Shown: piece after piece, positions 17,247 to 25,089 of the stretch
How the letters are laid out: every line of letters starts with the position of its first letter
How positions within the stretch are numbered: position 1 is the first letter of the stretch
Assembly (NCBI RefSeq): GCF_000186885.1
Contig: NC_014972.1
Coordinates: forward strand, 1,530,001-1,562,000
Origin: Desulfobulbus propionicus DSM 2032
GTDB lineage: Bacteria > Desulfobacterota > Desulfobulbia > Desulfobulbales > Desulfobulbaceae
Direction: 5' to 3'
DNA: 32,000 nucleotides
Notes under the pieces: generated by a model
Told to the model about the DNA's origin: nothing
The model's input: the letters and a program-made list of their open reading frames with translations, nothing else
Databases searched by the model: none
Position numbers and translations under genes: made by a program

Positions 17247-17604
17247 AATAGATCACGCCGGTGGAATCCGTTTCCCGCACTTCGACGCTGTACAGGCGGT
17301 AGCGTTCGGTCGTGAGCCGCGGCCTGAGACTGTCGAACAGGAACATGGCGATGTGTTCGGAAGAAGGGTTGATCTCTCGGAAGGCCGGGTGCTCGTTCAG
17401 GTCGCGGTGGTCGAGTTCGTCAACCACGGCATTGACCGTTTGTTTCAGCTGCTTGAAGTCGATGCCCATGCCGAGCTGATCGAGCTGGGAGGCCCGGACC
17501 GTGACTTTGACCTTCCAGTTGTGGCCATGGGGATTCTCGCAGTTGCCCGGGTAGGCGCGGAGGTGGTGGCCCCCGGAAAAATGGGTCTTGATGAACACAT
17601 CCAT
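17236..17604 (-). CDS. queD: 6-carboxy-5,6,7,8-tetrahydropterin synthase
   Basis: A 122-aa protein, MDVFIKTHFSGGHHLRAYPGNCENPHGHNWKVKV..., with Zn/His and catalytic Cys motifs of the PTPS/QueD family. An AAGGAG RBS is present. The track ORF's 134 upstream residues have no homology-like features and were rejected. Confidence 0.85.
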   Translation of the reverse strand: MDVFIKTHFSGGHHLRAYPGNCENPHGHNWKVKVTVRASQLDQLGMGIDFKQLKQTVNAVVDELDHRDLNEHPAFREINPSSEHIAMFLFDSLRPRLTTERYRLYSVEVRETDSTGVIYYGD

Positions 17605-17799
17605 GGTGTACTCCTTGGATATTGAGGGAAAAAGCGAAGAGGACCAGAAAAAAACCGGCTTGCGCGGCATCCTGGTGAAATGGTAAACAGAATCGCTGAT
17701 CTGTCCACCCCCCTTTGCCGCAGGCGGCGGAGTGTAGCAGGAAAGCGCCTGCTTGACCAGCCGGAAGGCGGGCTTGTGTCCATTTCCAGGGAGTTTCTC

Positions 17800-18561
17800 G
17801 TGCCGCGATCCCAGGCCTGCCCCAGCAGCAACGATACCCTCTTTGACGGCCGGCTGATCTGCCGTCAGAGCGTGGATGGTTACCGTTTTTCCGTGGACGC
17901 GGTGCTCGCCGCCCATTTTGCCGCGCCCCGGGCCGGGGAGCGGCTGCTCGATCTGGGGTGTGGCTGCGGGGTGATAGGCCTGATCCTCGCCCACCGTCAT
18001 GCGCACATTGCGGTTGTCAGCCTGGAACTACAGGAGGAGCTCGCCGCCCTAACAGAAGAAAACAGCCGGCTCAACGGCTTTGGCGACCGGTTGCGGGTGG
18101 TCCGCGGCGACGTGCGCACCGTGGGGGAGGTCCTGCCGCCGGAAAGTGTTGATTGGGTGGTGTGCAATCCGCCTTATGGCAGGCCGGACAGCGGCCGCGT
18201 CAACCAGGATCGGCAGGCTGCCCGGGCACGGCATGAAGTGAGCGGCACCCTGGCGGATTTTGTCCGCGCCGCCGCCTTCTGCGTGCGCAATCGGGGGCGG
18301 GTGGTGTTTGTCTATCCAGCCCGGCGCTGCAACACCCTGTTGCAGGCCCTGCACACCCACCGGCTGACGCCCAAACGGCTGCAACCCGTCTATTCCTACC
18401 CTGGCACGGACAATGCCCGGCTGGTGTTGGTCGAGGCGATGAAGAACGGCGGCGAACAGATCGATATCCTGTCCCCTTTTTATCTCTACGAGCGGAAGAA
18501 CGGCGAATATACGCCGGCCATGCTGGCCCTGTACCGGGAGGACCCATGCTGGCCAAGGTGA
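17800..18561 (+). CDS. SAM-dependent N6-adenine methyltransferase, tRNA1(Val) m6A37 TrmN6/YfiC-like
   Basis: YRFSVDAVLAA...LLDLGCGCGVIGLILA is the SAM motif I and VVCNPPY is the NPPY catalytic motif. The architecture is collinear with E. coli YfiC. GTG at 17800, preceded by GGGAG at 7 nt, is preferred over the ATG at 17680. The start is uncertain. Confidence 0.7.
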   Translation: MPRSQACPSSNDTLFDGRLICRQSVDGYRFSVDAVLAAHFAAPRAGERLLDLGCGCGVIGLILAHRHAHIAVVSLELQEELAALTEENSRLNGFGDRLRVVRGDVRTVGEVLPPESVDWVVCNPPYGRPDSGRVNQDRQAARARHEVSGTLADFVRAAAFCVRNRGRVVFVYPARRCNTLLQALHTHRLTPKRLQPVYSYPGTDNARLVLVEAMKNGGEQIDILSPFYLYERKNGEYTPAMLALYREDPCWPR

Positions 18562-20075
18562 TCAGCTGCGCGGTGGCCGGGGTCGACGGTCTGGCGGTGC
18601 GGGTGGAGGTCGATCTGGCCCAGGGACTGCCGTCGTTCTCCACCGTCGGCCTGGCCGAGGGGGCGGTGCGCGAGGCCAAGGACCGGGTGCGGGCGGCAAT
18701 CAAGAACACGGGGTACGAGTTCCCGCAGCGGCGGATCACCGTTAATCTTGCGCCAGCCTCGGTCAAGAAGGAGGGCACGGGCTACGATCTGCCGATCGCC
18801 CTGGGCATTCTCGCCGCCGGCGGGTTGCTGCCCCCTGATCCGCTTGAACAAACCGCCATTGCCGGCGAACTGTCGCTCGACGGTTCGGTCCGGCCGGTGC
18901 CCGGCGTGCTGCCCATGGCCTTGGCCGCCCGCCAGGAGGGGATTCGCCGTTTTCTCGTGCCCGCGGCCAATGCGGCCGAGGCGGCCATTGTCCAGGGGTT
19001 GGCGGTTTACGCCATCGAGCGGTTGGACCAGGCGGTGGACTTTCTTGCCGGCCGGACCGCGCTTGCACCCCTGGCCATCGATCCGGCCGAACTCTTTGCC
19101 CGCCACGAGGGCTACGCGGTCGATTTCGCCGATGTCAAGGGCCAGGAATATGCCAAGCGGGCCATGGAAATCGCCGCGGCTGGCGGACATAACATCCTGC
19201 TGACCGGCATTCCCGGGACCGGCAAAACCATGATGGCCCGGCGGCTGCCGACCATCCTTCCCGATCTGACCCTGGAAGAGGCCATCGAGACCACCAAGAT
19301 CTTTTCCACCGCCGGCCTGTTGCCGGAAAAGACGCCGCTGCTCACCACCCGGCCGTTCCGCGCGCCGCATCACACCGTGTCCGATGCCGGTCTGATCGGC
19401 GGCGGCCAGATTCCCCGCCCCGGCGAGGTTTCCCTGGCCCACAACGGGGTGCTTTTTCTCGACGAACTGCCGGAGTTCAAGAAACATGTGCTCGAGGTGC
19501 TGCGCCAGCCGCTGGAAGACGGCACGGTGACCATTGCCCGGGCCGCCACCAGCCTCAGCTTTCCGGCCCGGTTCACCCTGGTGGGGGCCATGAATCCCTG
19601 CCCGTGCGGTTATCTCGGCGACCGTATCCGGGCCTGCACCTGCACCCCGCTCCAGGTGCAGCGCTACCGCAGCCGGCTTTCCGGGCCATTGCTGGACCGG
19701 ATCGACATGCACATCGAGGTGCCGGCGGTGCAGGTCAAGGAGCTCATCGACCAGCCGAGCGGCGAACCCTCACACGCCATCCGCGCGCGGGTCAACCGGG
19801 CGCGAACGCGCCAGCGCCGGCGTTTTGCCGGTGCGGCGCGGCTCTACTGCAACGCCCAGATGAGCGCCAAGGAGGTGAAGAAGTTCTGCCGTCTCGATGG
19901 GGCCTCGGCCGAGCTGCTCAACCGGTCGATCACCAGCCTGGGATTGTCCGCCCGGGCCTACCATCGCATCCTCAAGATCGCCCTCACCATTGCCGATCTG
20001 GCCGGCGTCGACACGCCGACCACGGCCCATATTGCCGAAGCTATCCAGTACCGCCGGGTCCAGTACGATTTGTGA
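18546..20075 (+). CDS. comM: YifB/ComM family Mg-chelatase-like AAA+ ATPase
   Basis: The N-terminal Lon-protease-like domain is MLAKVISCAVAGVDGLAVRVEVDL...YDLPIALGILAA. Walker A is LLTGIPGTGKTM and Walker B is VLFLDELPEF. The C-terminal helical domain is present. It overlaps the upstream methyltransferase gene by 16 nt. Confidence 0.9.
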   Translation: MLAKVISCAVAGVDGLAVRVEVDLAQGLPSFSTVGLAEGAVREAKDRVRAAIKNTGYEFPQRRITVNLAPASVKKEGTGYDLPIALGILAAGGLLPPDPLEQTAIAGELSLDGSVRPVPGVLPMALAARQEGIRRFLVPAANAAEAAIVQGLAVYAIERLDQAVDFLAGRTALAPLAIDPAELFARHEGYAVDFADVKGQEYAKRAMEIAAAGGHNILLTGIPGTGKTMMARRLPTILPDLTLEEAIETTKIFSTAGLLPEKTPLLTTRPFRAPHHTVSDAGLIGGGQIPRPGEVSLAHNGVLFLDELPEFKKHVLEVLRQPLEDGTVTIARAATSLSFPARFTLVGAMNPCPCGYLGDRIRACTCTPLQVQRYRSRLSGPLLDRIDMHIEVPAVQVKELIDQPSGEPSHAIRARVNRARTRQRRRFAGAARLYCNAQMSAKEVKKFCRLDGASAELLNRSITSLGLSARAYHRILKIALTIADLAGVDTPTTAHIAEAIQYRRVQYDL

Positions 20076-20093
20076 AGTCGTGCAGGGCAGGGT

Positions 20094-22586
20094 TCAAGGT
20101 GTCTCCCCGTCCAGCACCCTTCTGATGATTCGGGACAATTCCTCGAACCGGAAGGGCTTTTGCAGAAAATCGACCTCCTGATCAAGCATCCCGCGCTGGG
20201 CGATTGCCTCGGCGGTATAGCCGGACATGTAGAGCAGCTTCATGCCGGGTCGCATGGCGGTGAGCTGCCGGGCCAATTCCCTGCCATTCATTTCCGGCAT
20301 GATCACGTCGGTGAGCAGTAGATCGATTTTGCCTTCATGCCGCGCGGCCAGCCGCAGCGCCTCGCCCGGGGATTGAGCGCTCAGGACTCCATACCCCAGG
20401 GCGTCAAGCATGGTGCGGGCCACGTCGAGGATTCCCTGGTCATCCTCGACCAGCAGAAGGGTCTCGCCGTTTCCCGGCAGGACCGGTTCTGGCTGTTCCC
20501 GCCGTCCCGGCGCCTGTTCCCCCGCATGCACGGGCAGGTAAACGGAAAAGGTCGTGCCCCTGCCCGGTTCGCTGTCCGTGGCGATCAATGCCTGGTTCTG
20601 TTGGACAATGCCGTACACCGTGGCCAGGCCGAGCCCGGTGCCCAGTGCGCCCTTGGTGGTGAAAAACGGCTCGAACACCTTGCCGAGCAGCTCCGGTTCC
20701 ATGCCGCAGCCATCGTCGGCGACCGAGAGCACCACGTAATCCCGCTCCATGGCCTCGGGATGCGCGGCGCGGAACGCCGCGTCCGCCACGATGGTTGCCG
20801 TGCGCAGGGTGATGGTTCCCGTCCCCCTGATGGCGTCGCGGGCATTGACGCAGAGGTTGGCCAGGATCTGGTCGATTTGGGCCGGGTCGATGTTGATCGG
20901 CGGCAGCCCGGCCTGGGGCGACCAGATCAGTTCGATATCCTCGCCGATCAGCCGGCGCAGCATGGGCAGCATGCCCTCGACCACCTCGTTGAGGTCAAGG
21001 ATTTTGGGATCGATGGGCTGCTTGCGGGAGAAGGCCAGCAGTTGGCGGACGATATCGGCGGAGCGGTTGGCCGCCAGGTGGATGTTGCGCAGATCCTCAT
21101 GCACGGCGTGCCGGTCAGCGGTTTTTTGCAGGGCCATTTCGCAGTAGCCGATGATCACCGCCAGCAGGTTGTTGAAATCGTGCGCCACGCCGCCGGTCAG
21201 CCGACCGACGGATTCCATTTTCTGCGCTTGCAGATACTGTTCCTCCAGTTTGAGCTGGGCGGTGATGTCCCGCTTGATGGCCACGAAGTTGACAATGGCG
21301 CCGTGGTCATCGAAAACCGGGGAAATGGTGGCCTCCTCGGTATACAGGGTGCCGTCCTTGCGTTTGTTGATCAGCTGGCCGCTCCAGGTGCGCCCGCCGA
21401 CGATGGTTTCCCACAGGGTCTTGTAGAAGGCCTGGTCATGGGCGTCGCTTTTGAGGATGCGCGGATTCTGGCCGACCACCTCCGACACCGCGTAGCCGGT
21501 CACCCGGACAAAGGCTGGATTGGCGTACTGGATGGCGCCCTCGACATCGGTGATCACCACCACCTCGCCGGCCTGCTCGATCGCCACCCTGAGCCGCTCC
21601 AGATCGGCTTCGGCCTGCTTTCTCTGGCTGATGTCGCGGTAGATTGACTGGTAGGTGCCATTGGGCATCATCTTGGTGCGCATTTCCACGAACAGTTGCC
21701 TGCCGTCCGGCCGCACCAGGACCCGCTCGCTGAGCACCACTTGTCCCTGTCGCAGCAGATCGAAGCGAAACGGGCTTTCGGCCAGGCTTGCCTCGGTGAA
21801 GGGCAGCTCGCTGACATGCCGGCCGATCAGCGCCTCGCGCTCCATGCCAAGCATGGCGCACATCTGATTGTTGCTGTCGATGATCACCCCTTCCCGGGTG
21901 CCCAGGAGAATGCCGTCCACCGCCAGGTCGATCAGGGTGCGGTAGTAGTGTTCATTTTCCCGCAGCGATCGTTCCGTCTGCTTGAGGGCGGTGATGTCCA
22001 GGGCGGTGAAGGTCACTCCCTCCGCCAGACGATCGGCGAGGATGGGGGACGAGCTGAGAAGGATATCGAGCAGGGTGCCGTTCTTTCGCCGCCAGCGGGT
22101 TTCCACCGTGCCGATACCGGTTTGGCTGATCTGCTCGTATTTTTCGCTGCCCACGGCCTGGTACTCGGCGTCGCTGGGGTAGAAGATGCGGGTTGAGCGA
22201 CCGATCAGCTCTTCCCGGCTGTAGCCGGTCATGGCGCACAGCCGGTCATTGACGGTCAGGATGACCCGATTGCTGACCACGCCGATACCGGTGGGCGAGG
22301 CGCGGAAAATGCTGTCGAGATAGCGGCCGTTGTCCGCGCGGGGTCTGCGGGACGTGGCCAGCCGCCGGATCGTTTTGCGGGAAACGAACAAGAGCAGCAC
22401 GCCGGTGGCGCCGACCAGCGCCCACCAGCCCGAGGTCTGGCGGATCAGGGGCGACGGTTCCTCCCTGAAGAGAAAGGCCGTGGCCTGGTCGGCAAACAAG
22501 AACCACAGCAGGACCAGGCCGAGCGACAGTAGGATCGTCTTGACGCTTTCCGACAGCGGTTGGGATCGAATGCGGCGGAATTTCAT
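20094..22586 (-). CDS. Hybrid sensor histidine kinase: 2 TM helices, three PAS domains, HisKA, HATPase_c, C-terminal receiver
   Basis: - The start MKFRRIRSQ is preceded by GGGAGG.
- TM helices: ILLSLGLVLLWFLF and WWALVGATGVLLLFV.
- PAS cores: NDRLCAMTGYSREELIG, NNQMCAMLGMEREALIG, ANPAFVRVTGYAVSEVVG.
- H-box: VAHDFNNLL.
- G-boxes: DDGCGM and GTGLGLATV.
- REC: LLLVEDD...LLLTDVIMPEMNG.
- The track's 71-residue N-terminal extension was rejected. Confidence 0.85.
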   Translation of the reverse strand: MKFRRIRSQPLSESVKTILLSLGLVLLWFLFADQATAFLFREEPSPLIRQTSGWWALVGATGVLLLFVSRKTIRRLATSRRPRADNGRYLDSIFRASPTGIGVVSNRVILTVNDRLCAMTGYSREELIGRSTRIFYPSDAEYQAVGSEKYEQISQTGIGTVETRWRRKNGTLLDILLSSSPILADRLAEGVTFTALDITALKQTERSLRENEHYYRTLIDLAVDGILLGTREGVIIDSNNQMCAMLGMEREALIGRHVSELPFTEASLAESPFRFDLLRQGQVVLSERVLVRPDGRQLFVEMRTKMMPNGTYQSIYRDISQRKQAEADLERLRVAIEQAGEVVVITDVEGAIQYANPAFVRVTGYAVSEVVGQNPRILKSDAHDQAFYKTLWETIVGGRTWSGQLINKRKDGTLYTEEATISPVFDDHGAIVNFVAIKRDITAQLKLEEQYLQAQKMESVGRLTGGVAHDFNNLLAVIIGYCEMALQKTADRHAVHEDLRNIHLAANRSADIVRQLLAFSRKQPIDPKILDLNEVVEGMLPMLRRLIGEDIELIWSPQAGLPPINIDPAQIDQILANLCVNARDAIRGTGTITLRTATIVADAAFRAAHPEAMERDYVVLSVADDGCGMEPELLGKVFEPFFTTKGALGTGLGLATVYGIVQQNQALIATDSEPGRGTTFSVYLPVHAGEQAPGRREQPEPVLPGNGETLLLVEDDQGILDVARTMLDALGYGVLSAQSPGEALRLAARHEGKIDLLLTDVIMPEMNGRELARQLTAMRPGMKLLYMSGYTAEAIAQRGMLDQEVDFLQKPFRFEELSRIIRRVLDGETP

Positions 22587-22947
22587 CTGCTGCCTCCCGG
22601 CGGGAGGCGATGGTCCACGGAAACATCCAGGGCGACCGGTGTGGAGCGGACGACGGCACGACCCGCGGCCGGATGACCCGCGTGTTCGGGCCGCGGCGGG
22701 TCGTGATGCCTGACGGGCCGGAGAAAAAACGATGCGATCACTATCCTCTGGCGCATGGCGGTTGATCAATGTTGAGGGGGGCGACGGCGAGGACACCAAT
22801 ATACCGGCTCCATCCTACCCGAGGACAAACGAAAAGTATAGGCTTTCCAAGGGCTCCACGGGAGGCTACACTGGTGGCGGGTCAGTGATGCGCGGCTGTT
22901 CGGTGGTTTGGGACAGGTCGCTTCGCGTGGATCGGGGAGGAGGGGAT

Positions 22948-23247
22948 ATGGAGGCGAACAAGGCGGCGGGCAGTATCCGCCGGCAGCTGATCGAGTTGCT
23001 TGGCGAGGGACCCCAGGGGGTGCGGGAGCTTTCCCAGGAGCTGCACCAGAGCGAACGCGAGATCTACGAGCATTTGGTTCATGTCGAACGCACCCTCAGG
23101 GCCGAGGGGCGGCGGCTGGTGATCGAACCGCCGGTCTGTCTGAGCTGCGGCTTCGTGTTCGAGAAACGCGCCCGGCCCCAACCGCCCGGCCGCTGCCCCC
23201 GCTGCAAAAAGACCCATATCCGCCGCCCGCGTTACGGTATCGGGTGA
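22948..23247 (+). CDS. Small transcriptional regulator: winged-HTH fused to a C-terminal Zn-ribbon (99 aa)
   Basis: MEANKAAGSIRRQLIELLGEGPQGVRELSQELHQSEREIYEHLVHV has an ArsR-like HTH pattern. CLSCG...CPRCKK is a CxxC...CxxC ribbon. A strong GGAGGAGGGG RBS precedes the ATG at 22948. It resembles the HTH plus Zn-ribbon regulator family (COG3357, from memory). Confidence 0.6.
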   Translation: MEANKAAGSIRRQLIELLGEGPQGVRELSQELHQSEREIYEHLVHVERTLRAEGRRLVIEPPVCLSCGFVFEKRARPQPPGRCPRCKKTHIRRPRYGIG

Positions 23248-23490
23248 AAGAACGCCGCCGCTTTTCAGCCGTTGCCCTTGGTTGGCCGATTCGCACGCGC
23301 CATGTGTGCGCGCTGCCCGGTTTTCTCGAACAATCTCTTGAAATACAAGCCTTTGTTGAGTATCACTTGGCGATTGCCGCCCCAGTGGCCGCCTTTTTTA
23401 ACCCGTCGCCGCCAGCCCTGCGCGTCCCCCGGCAGGCTTGATGGCGTCCGGGCCTGCATTGTTGTCCAACGGACAAAGGAAACGATCGTC

Positions 23491-25080
23491 ATGCCTGAGT
23501 TGATGTGGAAAGGGAAGGAACAGGTGATCAACCATCACCTCGAAGTGCCGGTACGGGTGCTGAAGCGGCATTTTGCCTTCAACGGCGACGCGGACGGCGT
23601 CAATTCCACCGGCAACACCATCATCCACGGCGACAACCTGGAAGCGCTCAAGGCGCTGCTGCCCGAGTACGAGGGCCGCATCCGCTGCATCTACATCGAT
23701 CCACCCTACAACACCGGCAACGAGTCGTGGGTGTACAACGACAACGTCAATGAGCCGCAGATCGTCAAGTGGCTCGGCCAGGTGGTGGGCAAGGACGGCG
23801 AGGATCTGTGCCGCCACGACAAGTGGCTGTGCATGATGTATCCGCGGTTGCAGCTGCTCCGGCGGCTGCTGGCCGAGGACGGCAGCATCTGGATTTCCAT
23901 CGACGACAACGAGCAGGCCCATCTGCGGGCGGTCATGGACGAGATTTTCGGCCAGCGGAACTTCATCACCACCGTTATCTGGCAAAAGGTCTATTCTCCG
24001 AAAAATTCGGCCCGTCATTTTTCCGAAGACCATGACTTCATCATGGTGTACGCGAAAAATGCCAGCCAATGGGTGCCCAACCCCATGCCGCGCACCGAGG
24101 CGCAGAACAAGGCCTACAAGAACTACGACCACGACCCGCGCGGTCCCTGGAAGGCGAGCGACCTTTCCGCCCGGAATTATTACGGCGAGGGCACCTATGC
24201 CATCACCTGTCCCTCGGGCCGGGTCATCGACGGCCCGCCCACAGGAATGTATTGGCGAGTATCACAGCAAAAATTCCTGGAAATGGACCGGGATAAGCGT
24301 ATCTGGTGGGGCAGGACCGGTGACAATGTACCGGCGATCAAGCGATTTCTCACCGATGTCAAACAGGGCGTGGTGCCGCAAACCCTATGGCCGTACCAGG
24401 AAGTCGGCCACACCCAGGACGCCAAGAAGGAACTGCTGGCGGTACTCGATTTCGCCACCTCGGCCGACGTGTTTGTCACCCCCAAGCCGACCCGGCTGAT
24501 CGACCGCATTCTCCACATCGCCACCGACAAAGATGCCATTATCCTCGATTCCTTTGCCGGTTCGGGCACCACCGGTCACGCGGTGCTCAACCTCAACCGC
24601 CAGGACGGCGGCAACCGCACCTTCATCCTCATCGAGATGATGGACTATGCCGAGACCATCACGGCCGAGCGGATCAAGCGGGTGATCAATGGGTATGGCG
24701 AGGGCAGCAAGGCCGTGGCCGGCACCGGCGGCGGCTTCACCTACTGCACCCTGGGCGAGCGGGTCTTTGACGACGAAGGCTTTCTCAACCCAAACCTCGA
24801 TCGGGCGGCCCTCCGCGACTATGTGGCCCGCTCCGAAGGGCTGCCGGGTGCGGAGGCGGGCGAGCATCCCCATTGGCTGGGCGAACGCGACCGCACCGGC
24901 TACTATTTCTATGACGACCCGGAGCGGCCCACGGTGCTTAACCTGGAATTCCTCGCCACCCTCACCCGCAGAAACGAGAGCTATCTCATCTATGCCGACT
25001 CGTGTCTGCTCGACGAGGCGTTCATGCAGCACCATCACATCCTGTTCAAAAAAATTCCCCGGGACATCTCCCGCTTCTAA
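23491..25080 (+). CDS. mod: Type III restriction-modification system, Mod (N6-adenine DNA methyltransferase, beta class)
   Basis: The catalytic motif IV, IYIDPPYNTG, precedes a variable central region, and SAM motif I, DSFAGSGTTGHAV, is near the C-terminus. This is the beta-class order typical of Type III Mod. Other motifs are HGDNLEALK and WISIDDNE. It lies directly upstream (9 nt) of res. Confidence 0.85.
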   Translation: MPELMWKGKEQVINHHLEVPVRVLKRHFAFNGDADGVNSTGNTIIHGDNLEALKALLPEYEGRIRCIYIDPPYNTGNESWVYNDNVNEPQIVKWLGQVVGKDGEDLCRHDKWLCMMYPRLQLLRRLLAEDGSIWISIDDNEQAHLRAVMDEIFGQRNFITTVIWQKVYSPKNSARHFSEDHDFIMVYAKNASQWVPNPMPRTEAQNKAYKNYDHDPRGPWKASDLSARNYYGEGTYAITCPSGRVIDGPPTGMYWRVSQQKFLEMDRDKRIWWGRTGDNVPAIKRFLTDVKQGVVPQTLWPYQEVGHTQDAKKELLAVLDFATSADVFVTPKPTRLIDRILHIATDKDAIILDSFAGSGTTGHAVLNLNRQDGGNRTFILIEMMDYAETITAERIKRVINGYGEGSKAVAGTGGGFTYCTLGERVFDDEGFLNPNLDRAALRDYVARSEGLPGAEAGEHPHWLGERDRTGYYFYDDPERPTVLNLEFLATLTRRNESYLIYADSCLLDEAFMQHHHILFKKIPRDISRF

Positions 25081-25089
25081 AGGTACCGC

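Noticed and set aside
17605-17799. PreQ1 riboswitch upstream of queD
   Set aside because: The leader contains a CUACAC-like stretch but lacks the compact hairpin plus A-rich tail of preQ1-I/II/III consensus as I remember it. It cannot be supported without a covariance-model scan.
13747-21647. Other long antisense ORFs (13747..14439, 15308..16510, 18486..19712, 20337..21647)
   Set aside because: Each lies opposite a gene with strong family motifs (CoADR-like, sugar dehydrogenase, comM, histidine kinase) and has a low-complexity composition.
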